DNA of 64,000 bases. Source: Fibrobacteria bacterium (lineage in GTDB: Bacteria; Fibrobacterota; Fibrobacteria; UBA11236; JADFYW01). The stretch covers positions 894,301-958,300 of the forward strand of contig OZ253440.1 in NCBI GenBank assembly GCA_965261055.1, written 5' to 3'. Positions 40,907 through 49,361 of this stretch are shown in pieces. Numbering within the stretch: position 1 is the first letter of the stretch; each line of letters opens with the position of its first letter. Position numbers and translations under genes: made by a program. The notes below the pieces were generated by a model. It saw only the letters and a program-made list of their open reading frames with translations. It did no database searches and had not been told where the DNA came from.

Positions 40907-41665
40907 TTATTTAAAATAAGAATTTAAATAATCTTCTATTTCTACTGGAGACTCTCTATTTCCCAACCTCTGTAAAGCTTCTATAATAAAATAGCGATAA
41001 AGACGCACACGAGCGATTGTGGATTTAATAAGAGTAGATAAAGGAAAGAAAATAGCTCTAGAAACTAAGACTCCATATAAAGTTGTAATCAAAGCTACTG
41101 ATAAACCTTGCCCTAATTGAGAGGGGTCATCAATACGAGACAAAACCACAATTAATCCCATCACCGTACCCATCATACCAAATGCTGGTGCACTTGATCC
41201 CATATCTGCCAAAACTTGGCTACATTTAATATCTCGAAAATAATAGTAATCAACGCGGTTTCTGGTAATTACTGACAATTTTTCTGAGTCATAACCTATA
41301 GAAATTAAATCAACTGCATATCTTAAAACAGGATCTTTATTTTTACCAGCTAAAGATTCTAAAGCATTAACCATCGCTACCCTATCTTTTCCTGATGTTT
41401 TAGCAATATTCACTAATTGTGCACTCATTTTCCTGAATGTATTATCTGAAGGAGTTTTTTTTCTACCCAACATAAAGTTCAATAAAAAACCAAGAGTATA
41501 TAAAACATTGCTAAAACCATAACCGATAATAGATCCAGCCAAAATTCCTAATGCAATAAACGCAAAACTAGATAACTGCCAAAAAGAAACATTATCACTT
41601 AAACTAAAAAAAATATAAACTAAATTACCTAAAGCAACAATCAACCCTAACCATAATGAAAACAC
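40907..41665 (-). CDS. motA: MotA/PomA-type stator subunit
   Basis: Four-TM layout, cytoplasmic NALE..DPVLRYAVDL..G, APAFGMMGTVMGLI, ALITTLYG; GTG start overlaps the upstream TAG. Confidence 0.88.
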   Translation of the reverse strand: MFSLWLGLIVALGNLVYIFFSLSDNVSFWQLSSFAFIALGILAGSIIGYGFSNVLYTLGFLLNFMLGRKKTPSDNTFRKMSAQLVNIAKTSGKDRVAMVNALESLAGKNKDPVLRYAVDLISIGYDSEKLSVITRNRVDYYYFRDIKCSQVLADMGSSAPAFGMMGTVMGLIVVLSRIDDPSQLGQGLSVALITTLYGVLVSRAIFFPLSTLIKSTIARVRLYRYFIIEALQRLGNRESPVEIEDYLNSYFK

Positions 41666-42276
41666 TAATTACCTGCCTTTATTCTTAAAAGTTCTAACAT
41701 TTCAACTACTCCTGGGATATCTGGATCCACTTTCAAAGCCTGTTTCCAATTACGAGAAGCACTCTCTTTTTCTCCAAGCATATAATAAATACTACCTAAC
41801 AAAGCAAAACCTTCTGCAGTTTCCTTCTCTTTTACTATAGCCTTAGCAACTTTTAGAGCTTTTTCATATTGTTTATTATAAAATAAATTTTGGGCTTGTC
41901 TTATACCTTGTACAACTTTCCCAACATTTTCCCCCTTAGTCAAAGCATTCCTTTCTTCTTGCTTCTTATCTTGTTGTTCCTTAAGTTTAGATATATTATC
42001 TCTTTTTCTATTGCCCTTTAAAACAATATTAATATCGTCCCGATCCAAATCAAAGTCTACACCCAAATCTGTAGATTGATTAGCATAATCAACACGTATC
42101 TTATTTAAGTCTTTTTGATCTGTCGTTGCTCTACGATAAGTCACTGACTTTGGACTTGACACCGACCTGACTTTCTGATTATTATTTTTATATTTATCCT
42201 CTTTTGCCGTATTTTTTGCACATGAAACAAACAAGCAAAAAGTTAAAAGACTAAATATCCCAAAGTATTTCAACAT
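41665..42276 (-). CDS. Lipoprotein with coiled coil and C-terminal TPR
   Basis: Lipobox LFVSC; AQNLFYNKQYEKAL...FALLGSIYYMLG...WKQALKVDP. Confidence 0.8.
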   Translation of the reverse strand: MLKYFGIFSLLTFCLFVSCAKNTAKEDKYKNNNQKVRSVSSPKSVTYRRATTDQKDLNKIRVDYANQSTDLGVDFDLDRDDINIVLKGNRKRDNISKLKEQQDKKQEERNALTKGENVGKVVQGIRQAQNLFYNKQYEKALKVAKAIVKEKETAEGFALLGSIYYMLGEKESASRNWKQALKVDPDIPGVVEMLELLRIKAGN

Positions 42277-43402
42277 TATATGCTAACCCTCTAAAATTAA
42301 AATTATTACCCGTTGTTTGTATAAAAGTTTCATTTCGTCCAATCAAAGTCGTTCCTCCAATAAACTGTTCTACTTGAGCTTTAATTGAGAAATAACGAGA
42401 AAAATGTGTTATCGCAAATACAGATAAACTCAAAAGTCTTCCATCATACAAGAGTACTGAACTTGTAGCTCCAGCAAAGATTCCTAAAGAAAGTAATCCT
42501 CTACCATCAATAATTCCTTTTCTGGAAGGTATTAAAACATAAGCCATTTCCCAAGCAACACGAAGAACTGGAAATTGTTCTGTTTTCGCAACCGTTGCCT
42601 GAGGATTAGTAACAGCAGATGTAAATAGACCTAAACCTAAACGGATAGTATACCAAAAGCGGTAAGTTTCCAATAATCGATTGCGATAACCCAATTGTAA
42701 ATAAGACTCACTAAATGTAGGACTTTCCCAAGCAATTGTTATATTATCTTTTGCTACTGTCAAAAAACGAATACCAACGCCTAAAGAAAAACGACGAATA
42801 TCTTCTGATTGCACATACTCACCAATTAAAAAGTTTTTAGACCAAAGAACATCCCCTGTTCTTTGTTTAATCACTCTGACATTGAGATAATATCCACCAT
42901 TTGCAGTTTTTCCAATCTCACCCTGTAAAAAAGCATCTAAATAAAGATCCTTACCTAATTTCCACAAAGTCTCTATGTCTGGTATAGCATTGTAAATTTG
43001 TAGAGAAGTATCGGTTGAAATTACAGTGATTTGACTCAATTCAGGTGATGACACTAAATTAAAATTAGCATATTGAACAAATGCCTCTTCAATACGACCT
43101 TGTATATAACCAGCTAATCCTCTATCAATAAAATCAAAATTCATTTTAACACGATGTACGCCGACTCGCTTAACTGGATCTAAATCAACACCTCTTAAAG
43201 ATTCCTCTAAACGATTTAAAAGAACATTAATTAAATCTAATTCTCTTTTTTCTCGCAAACCAGGAAAAACATCTAATGCTTCTCCTGATAAATCTTTATC
43301 ATCTGATGTGGGTGCTATTGTAGGAAGCTCATTTGCATTTTTTTGAGCAAAAACAACACCAACAACAATGAATATAATTAAAAAAAATTGCTTACAGTTC
43401 AT
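42251..43402 (-). CDS. Exported protein: CsgG/FlgO/TolB-N-like periplasmic domain plus probable small C-terminal beta-barrel
   Basis: Signal peptide (..VVFA-QKN); LGKDLYLDAFLQGEI...LNVRVIKQRTGDVLWS pattern; alternating strands ending YNVEILWDI. Confidence 0.6.
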   Translation of the reverse strand: MNCKQFFLIIFIVVGVVFAQKNANELPTIAPTSDDKDLSGEALDVFPGLREKRELDLINVLLNRLEESLRGVDLDPVKRVGVHRVKMNFDFIDRGLAGYIQGRIEEAFVQYANFNLVSSPELSQITVISTDTSLQIYNAIPDIETLWKLGKDLYLDAFLQGEIGKTANGGYYLNVRVIKQRTGDVLWSKNFLIGEYVQSEDIRRFSLGVGIRFLTVAKDNITIAWESPTFSESYLQLGYRNRLLETYRFWYTIRLGLGLFTSAVTNPQATVAKTEQFPVLRVAWEMAYVLIPSRKGIIDGRGLLSLGIFAGATSSVLLYDGRLLSLSVFAITHFSRYFSIKAQVEQFIGGTTLIGRNETFIQTTGNNFNFRGLAYNVEILWDI

Positions 43403-43410
43403 GGTTTTTT

Positions 43411-45276
43411 CTAATTATTATCAGTCGTGTCATTGGATTCAGCATCATTTTCTGAAAGTTCAGAATCTTCTCCTTCTGTTAAATCTAGATTTAAACTTTT
43501 AGCCTCTTGTCTCAACAAAGTTAAAACTCCTTTTCTAGCATTTTGAACTGATTCATTATCGTACTCATTTACGGAATGCTCTGATTCAATTAACAGTTTC
43601 ATTCTCTCGGGCAAAAACTCCAACAACTTATCATAAATAGCAGGATCTGCCTCATATGTTGCTAAAATAATTTCATTTCGTTCAATTTGAGGCACTATCT
43701 CACGTAAAACTGCAGGTGGTAACTCAGGTATGCCAGACCAACTAACAAAATAGCGACGCACTTTCTGAGCTAATTCCATATCCGTTTGATTCAAGTTTTC
43801 AAGATATTTCTCTTGTTCATTGATAGATAAATTATTAAGTATATCAATAATTTTTTCGGTACCATCAACAGCAACATGCTTCATATTAAATACTTTCACA
43901 GCTCTTTTGGAAAGCTGTAATGCCAATTTTTTATAGGCAGATACAGATAACTTATTAATTTTCCCCATTTGTCCTAAAATTTGACTACGCTGATTTTCAT
44001 CTAAACGCCTTAAAATACGTGTCGCTATTTCGGGGTTTAATTGAGCAACAGCAACAGAAGAAACTCCAGGATCTTCTCTTTTAATTAAATGCAAGATTTG
44101 TTCTTCATTAAGATATTTAAGGAATCCAAACAAATCTTCTTGTTCAGAAGAATCTGTTATAATTTTAGACTTTTTTCGATATTCAGTTCTAAAATTTTCC
44201 AATAGCGGTCTAACTTCTTCTATATTTGGGGTAGAGTCTGATGCTTTAATTGCATCTTCTATGTCACCTATCTGGTCGGAACTCATTTCTGTACGTAATA
44301 CTTCTAATAAGCGATCATCCACATTATGAATTAAAGTTCCAATATTTTTAATTCCTTCTTCTTCTTGCTCTTCTTTGAGCCAAGAGGTTAAAACATCTCT
44401 ACTTTGTTTTGCATTTCCAACAAAAGCACTTACAATAAAAGATTTTAAATTCTGTAGTTGCATTTCTTCTTGCTGACTTTGATGTCCCAACATTTTTGTT
44501 TTAATTTCTTGTAAATCATTCATCACTGGACTCAAATCTTGTTGATGAGATCCTGTTTCATTATCTTTTTTCCTAGACTTAGAAATAGAACGCGTAACAA
44601 ACCAAACGATGATAAGAATAAAAAGACCTAAAAGAATAAAAGGCATTAATGCAAAGAAGTGCTCTAAAGCTTTATCTTGTGGATCATCTTTTTCCTTAAG
44701 TAATTCTTCTTGTAACCGTTCCAAAGCTTCTTTTGTTGAATCTTTTGCAACTTCAAAAGGTTGTTGTTGATTATTCCAACTACGCTTAGCTGGGAATACA
44801 CGGCGGTTTATAAAAAGTTCATCCCCACGAAGTTCATCAAAAGAAGTCACCAATCTTACAACATTCTCAATAAATTCTACATCTTCTTCTGTGAAGCTAG
44901 TATCAATCAGAACTTCAACAAAAATATTTTCAACTTTATAAGGACCTTTTTTTTCAAATGGTTGCTGCCTTAGTTCACTAGGTAAAACGGGAAGACCTGG
45001 TAATTCTTCTACTTCATTTAAAAGAGTCGTATCTGGCTGATAAATTGGTAAAAGGTTTACCTTTGTGTTAACAATATAACTCCTTGAATCAAAATATTTA
45101 CCCAAAGATTGACGTACAATTCCTCGATAACGTGTAGAAATAACATTACGCTGAGACTCAATAATGTTTCCTTGTTGAGAACGAAATGTTGGTTGAGAAA
45201 AGTCTTGAGCAACAGCAACGAAGCAAATTAAAAAACTTATAGCAAAAAAGAGTATTCTAATCAAAAGTAATTCCAT
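43411..45276 (-). CDS. Membrane-anchored FliF-FliG-like fusion protein (putative rotor)
   Basis: FliF RBM3-like IENVVRLVTSFDELRGDELFI, TM at aa ~208-227, FliF-C-like VLTSWLKEE, FliG-N-like helices, FliG-M-like LFGFLKYLNEEQILHLIKREDP, FliG-C-like LAQKVRRYFVSW...LPERMKLLIESE. Confidence 0.8.
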   Translation of the reverse strand: MELLLIRILFFAISFLICFVAVAQDFSQPTFRSQQGNIIESQRNVISTRYRGIVRQSLGKYFDSRSYIVNTKVNLLPIYQPDTTLLNEVEELPGLPVLPSELRQQPFEKKGPYKVENIFVEVLIDTSFTEEDVEFIENVVRLVTSFDELRGDELFINRRVFPAKRSWNNQQQPFEVAKDSTKEALERLQEELLKEKDDPQDKALEHFFALMPFILLGLFILIIVWFVTRSISKSRKKDNETGSHQQDLSPVMNDLQEIKTKMLGHQSQQEEMQLQNLKSFIVSAFVGNAKQSRDVLTSWLKEEQEEEGIKNIGTLIHNVDDRLLEVLRTEMSSDQIGDIEDAIKASDSTPNIEEVRPLLENFRTEYRKKSKIITDSSEQEDLFGFLKYLNEEQILHLIKREDPGVSSVAVAQLNPEIATRILRRLDENQRSQILGQMGKINKLSVSAYKKLALQLSKRAVKVFNMKHVAVDGTEKIIDILNNLSINEQEKYLENLNQTDMELAQKVRRYFVSWSGIPELPPAVLREIVPQIERNEIILATYEADPAIYDKLLEFLPERMKLLIESEHSVNEYDNESVQNARKGVLTLLRQEAKSLNLDLTEGEDSELSENDAESNDTTDNN

Positions 45277-45357
45277 CTAATTGAAAGCAGTTCAGAATCT
45301 AGTTAAAAAATATTACAAATACAAGCCATTTTTTTTCAAAATTACTAAATTCTCCTT

Positions 45358-45999
45358 ATGATTTATTGTCACTCTATTCTTTTACTCCTATTCTTCTTCT
45401 CTACTTTCCTCTACTCTTCAGACAAGAAAACTCTCCAACAAGATTTCTCTAGTTCAAATCTCAGTCAAGCAATCTTAGCAGGTGGCTGTTTTTGGTGTAC
45501 AGAATCAGATTTAGAAAAATTACTTGGTGTGTCCCACGCTATATCAGGCTATACAGGGGGCATAATTGAGAAACCAAACTATGAACAAGTGTCTCAAGGG
45601 AAAACAAAACACCTAGAAGCTGTCAAAGTTTTTTACGACTCAACTAAAGTTAGCTATTCACAAATTCTTCAATACTTTTTTAAAACAATAGACCCTACTG
45701 ACTCAGGAGGTCAATTCTCTGATAGAGGTCATCTCTACACTTCTGCAATATTTTACTTAAACTCAAACCAACAAAAAATAGCCATAGAAGAAAAAAATAA
45801 GCTTGAAAAAACTCAAAAATTTAATCTCCCTATTTATACAATTATTCGCCCTGCTCAAATATTTTATCCTGCAGAAAACTATCATCAAAATTATTATAAA
45901 AAGAAGCCTAATCATTATCAATCTTACCGTTACTATTCAGGACGTACTCCTTTCATTGAAAAACACTGGGGCGATATTTATACAAAGAAGAAACAATAA
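45358..45999 (+). CDS. msrA: Peptide methionine sulfoxide reductase A, exported
   Basis: AGGCFWC, SGYTGG, H.EAV, DPTDSGGQF.DRG, FYPAENYHQNYY; hydrophobic N-terminus. Confidence 0.92.
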   Translation: MIYCHSILLLLFFFSTFLYSSDKKTLQQDFSSSNLSQAILAGGCFWCTESDLEKLLGVSHAISGYTGGIIEKPNYEQVSQGKTKHLEAVKVFYDSTKVSYSQILQYFFKTIDPTDSGGQFSDRGHLYTSAIFYLNSNQQKIAIEEKNKLEKTQKFNLPIYTIIRPAQIFYPAENYHQNYYKKKPNHYQSYRYYSGRTPFIEKHWGDIYTKKKQ

Positions 46000-46023
46000 T
46001 CTAAACCTCTTTATCTAACTACA

Positions 46024-47583
46024 GTGAGTTCAACAATTCATCAAACCAAAACACTCAATGCTTTAATTGATGTTACTCGACATATTAATTCTTCTCTAAA
46101 TTACCAAGAAGTTGCTTATAACTGCTTACTTTCTTTAAAAAATACCTTAGAATTAACCGAACTTTGTTTATGGTCTAAAGACCAAAATAACCCTAATTTT
46201 CTAACAAAAAAAATTTGTTTTTCTGAAAAAGAAAAAACAATTAATACACTCGGTATAGAAAACAATAAAAATCCTATTATTCAATCTTTCTTAAATTCTA
46301 TTACTATTGCAAGTCCAGATGCCAAATTAATTGAAGATTTAGATATACCCTTGTATATTCAATCCGATATTATTGGCTTTATTGCTGTCCCAATCAATTT
46401 AAATAATCATTGTATCGGAGTTCTTTCCGCTTTCCGAACTAATTTTTCAACGATGTTTAATGAAGATTTATTAGTCATGAAAACATCCGCTTCAATCATT
46501 TCTCAAACCTTAAAATTAAAAGGATTTGTAGACGACTCTACTGCACTACTAAAAAAACAAAATCAAGAATTAAAAAATCAACTACACTCTAAATTTAAAA
46601 TAGATCTTTTTTTTAGTCAATCCGAAGTGATGGAAAAAACTTTAGCTAAGGTACATCTAGCCGCTAATACAGACGCCATCATTTTATTACAAGGAGAAAG
46701 CGGTGTAGGAAAAACAGCTATTGCAAAAGGCATTCATTACTCTAGTCCTAGAAAACAAGAACCCTTTGTCGTCGTGAACTGTTCTGCAATTCCTGAAAAT
46801 TTATTGGAAAGTGAACTTTTTGGATACGAAAAAGGAGCTTTTACTGGAGCCAATAAAACTAAGAAAGGACGCTTTGAAGCGGCTCTTGGCGGAACAATTT
46901 TCTTAGACGAGATTGGTGACATCCCTCTTTCTGCACAACTAAAACTTTTACAAATTATTCAAAATAATTCTTTTGAAAGATTAGGCTCTAATCAAACAAT
47001 TCAAAGTAAAGCTAGAATCATTTTTGCAACCAATACTGATTTAATAGCCAAAGTAAAAGATAAAACTTTACGAGAAGATTTTTATTACAGGTTAATGGTC
47101 GTGCCTATTAGAATTCCTTCTCTTAAAGAACGTTTAGAAGATATTCAGCTTTTAACTTATCATTTCATTCAACATTTTAGTAAAAAATACGATAAAAAAT
47201 TATCACTCTCTAAAGCTGGACTAAATCTTATTCTAGAATATGATTGGCCAGGAAATGTCCGAGAATTAGAAAACACTATAGAAAGAACTATTATCTTCTC
47301 CGAAAATAATTCCGAAATACAGACTAACGCCATTTCCTTTTTACCTCATTCAAATATCGAAAAAATTCCACCTAAGATCACAGCACAAACTCCATTAGAG
47401 ACTGAAAAAAATTATAGAAAGCCTTACGAACGCGTCCCCTTAAAAAGAGATCTCATTGAAAAAGCTCTTCAAGAAAATTCTGGCATCCAAACTCTTGCTG
47501 CTAAGCAACTGCAAGTCTCTTTTAGACAGCTTAGCTATGCCATTAAAAGACACAAAATTAATCCTAAAACTTTTAAAATATAA
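46024..47583 (+). CDS. Sigma54-dependent activator, GAF-AAA+-HTH (NifA/FhlA architecture)
   Basis: GESGVGKT, ESELFGYEKGAFTGA, FLDEIGD, WPGNVRELEN, C-terminal HTH. Confidence 0.92.
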   Translation: MSSTIHQTKTLNALIDVTRHINSSLNYQEVAYNCLLSLKNTLELTELCLWSKDQNNPNFLTKKICFSEKEKTINTLGIENNKNPIIQSFLNSITIASPDAKLIEDLDIPLYIQSDIIGFIAVPINLNNHCIGVLSAFRTNFSTMFNEDLLVMKTSASIISQTLKLKGFVDDSTALLKKQNQELKNQLHSKFKIDLFFSQSEVMEKTLAKVHLAANTDAIILLQGESGVGKTAIAKGIHYSSPRKQEPFVVVNCSAIPENLLESELFGYEKGAFTGANKTKKGRFEAALGGTIFLDEIGDIPLSAQLKLLQIIQNNSFERLGSNQTIQSKARIIFATNTDLIAKVKDKTLREDFYYRLMVVPIRIPSLKERLEDIQLLTYHFIQHFSKKYDKKLSLSKAGLNLILEYDWPGNVRELENTIERTIIFSENNSEIQTNAISFLPHSNIEKIPPKITAQTPLETEKNYRKPYERVPLKRDLIEKALQENSGIQTLAAKQLQVSFRQLSYAIKRHKINPKTFKI

Positions 47584-47585
47584 TC

Positions 47586-48569
47586 ATGACTCTTTATTTA
47601 AAATATTTAAAAAGTTTTTGCTTACTTTTTTTTTTCTCATCTTTGTTAAGTCATGCTGCCTTAGAAAAAAAAAGCAGTCCTTATAAGTATAAGGAGAATA
47701 GTGATTGGTATATAAAAACACCACCTTTATCCTATAAAAAAGCTCTCTTTTATTCCTTAATTGTTCCTGGAGGAGGTCACCTATATACAGAACGTTATGT
47801 TAGAAGCGGTTTTTTAATAGGTTTAGAATTAACTTTAACTATTGACGCTTTTGGTAATAACACCTCTATTATTTCTAAAGCAAAAAGAGATGCATCGGAG
47901 TTAAGAAAAAGGTCTTTTAATCATTTAAATGATTACTTGGATACAACCAATAGCCAAAGAAATACTGCTTTAAATTCATACTTTAATGACCAAGCTTCGG
48001 CTCGCCTAAGAGAAGATAATTTTATGGAGATTCAAACTCTACAACGCTCTGAGATTAGTTGGCTAATTGGACTTCATTTTTATGGTGTTATGGATGCTTT
48101 AAATATTGTATATCATTCTAAAAAACCTAAACCTCCAAAAACAATGTGGTCTGGAGCTCTTTACCGTTCTCTGCTCTTACCTGGACTAGGGCAAATTTAT
48201 AATAGAGAATTTGGAAAATTTGGAATGTTGTGGATGGCAATGGGTAATTTTATTTCATCCGCTATTTTTAGACAACAAGTCGTAACTTATTACTTAGATA
48301 GAAAACGAGAACTTTTACTAGATACCGTAAATATATTTTCTCTTACGAACTCATCAAACTTCAACTCTCAATCAAAAATTGTCAACAATCAACTTATTGA
48401 CATTAGGAAAAATAGAAACCAATATATTTGGGGACTCGTTATGCTATACTTGTACAGCATAGGAGATAGTGTTGTAGATGCTTTACTTCAAGATTTTAAC
48501 CATCCATCTTCTTTTGCCTTCGTGCCAGGAAACACTCCTTTTCATTTTATCTTTGTCAAAAATTTTTAA
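47586..48569 (+). CDS. Membrane protein with two DUF5683/TM2-like modules
   Basis: KALFYSLIVPGGGHLY and GALYRSLLLPGLGQIYN, each followed by TM segments ending D(A/S). Confidence 0.65.
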   Translation: MTLYLKYLKSFCLLFFFSSLLSHAALEKKSSPYKYKENSDWYIKTPPLSYKKALFYSLIVPGGGHLYTERYVRSGFLIGLELTLTIDAFGNNTSIISKAKRDASELRKRSFNHLNDYLDTTNSQRNTALNSYFNDQASARLREDNFMEIQTLQRSEISWLIGLHFYGVMDALNIVYHSKKPKPPKTMWSGALYRSLLLPGLGQIYNREFGKFGMLWMAMGNFISSAIFRQQVVTYYLDRKRELLLDTVNIFSLTNSSNFNSQSKIVNNQLIDIRKNRNQYIWGLVMLYLYSIGDSVVDALLQDFNHPSSFAFVPGNTPFHFIFVKNF

Positions 48570-48581
48570 TCTTTTAATCTT

Positions 48582-49361
48582 ATGTTTATTCCTTTTTATT
48601 TTATCTTATTCCTACTTCTTAATACCATTCTTTTTTCTCAAGACAACTTAATTGAATTACAACAAGAGATTCAACGCATTGAAAAAGAGATCAGTAAGGA
48701 ACAAAAATTTCATGATCAGGAAAAAGAACAACATAAAGGGTTTAACACTCAAAAAGAAATTAAAACAAAAAACATTCTTCAACAAATCAATCTTATAAAG
48801 AATGAGATAGACTCTCTTCAAGTCGAAAACAAGCAACTCATTCGAAAAATAAACTCTTTTGTAAATCAAATTAATTCTTTAAAAACTAAAACTAATTCTA
48901 CACTAGACTCTCTAAAATCAACAATCCAAATTTGGTCTAATATTTTAAAAATAAGTTTTCCTCATAACAGAAAAAAATATACTTTACAATTCAAAAATCT
49001 TTATGATGATCTTAAAGAAGAGAAAGTTTCAATCTCTCAAAGTTTAGATCAATTCTACCTAATTGTTCTAGATCTAATTTCTCAAGGCTATAGCGTAGAG
49101 AACTTCTATGGTTCCTATACAAACTCAAAAGGAAAAACTTTTGATGGTGTTTATTTTAGAACTGGTAATATTTTTTATTTCTTTATGAGTGAAGACCAAA
49201 AGCAAATTTCCTATTTAACACGAATCAATCAAAAATTCCAATGGAACGATAAACCCAATTCAAATATTAAACGAGAAATCATTAAAACCTTTAATATTTC
49301 TCAAGGAAAAACCCCCCCCAAACTAGTGCTACTTCCCATTCAAATTGAAGGAGAAAAATAA
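48582..49361 (+). CDS. DUF3450/TtpB-like exported coiled-coil protein
   Basis: Signal peptide, long coiled coil, FPHNRK, YFRTG..YF; precedes a TtpC-like gene. Confidence 0.65.
   Translation: MFIPFYFILFLLLNTILFSQDNLIELQQEIQRIEKEISKEQKFHDQEKEQHKGFNTQKEIKTKNILQQINLIKNEIDSLQVENKQLIRKINSFVNQINSLKTKTNSTLDSLKSTIQIWSNILKISFPHNRKKYTLQFKNLYDDLKEEKVSISQSLDQFYLIVLDLISQGYSVENFYGSYTNSKGKTFDGVYFRTGNIFYFFMSEDQKQISYLTRINQKFQWNDKPNSNIKREIIKTFNISQGKTPPKLVLLPIQIEGEK

Noticed and set aside
40190..41665. MotAB pair as Zorya (ZorAB) anti-phage system
   Set aside because: MotA is 252 aa with no long ZorA tail, there is no ZorC/D/E, and it is coupled to a FliG-containing gene
40190..45276. Ordinary flagellar operon
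   Set aside because: No other fli/flg/flh/che gene in the window, and the FliF part is truncated and fused; only a whole-genome check can fully exclude it
45310..45345. Possible sigma54 promoter for the motor operon (minus strand TGGCTTGTATTTGT)
   Set aside because: Reads GG-N9-GT rather than the required GG-N10-GC
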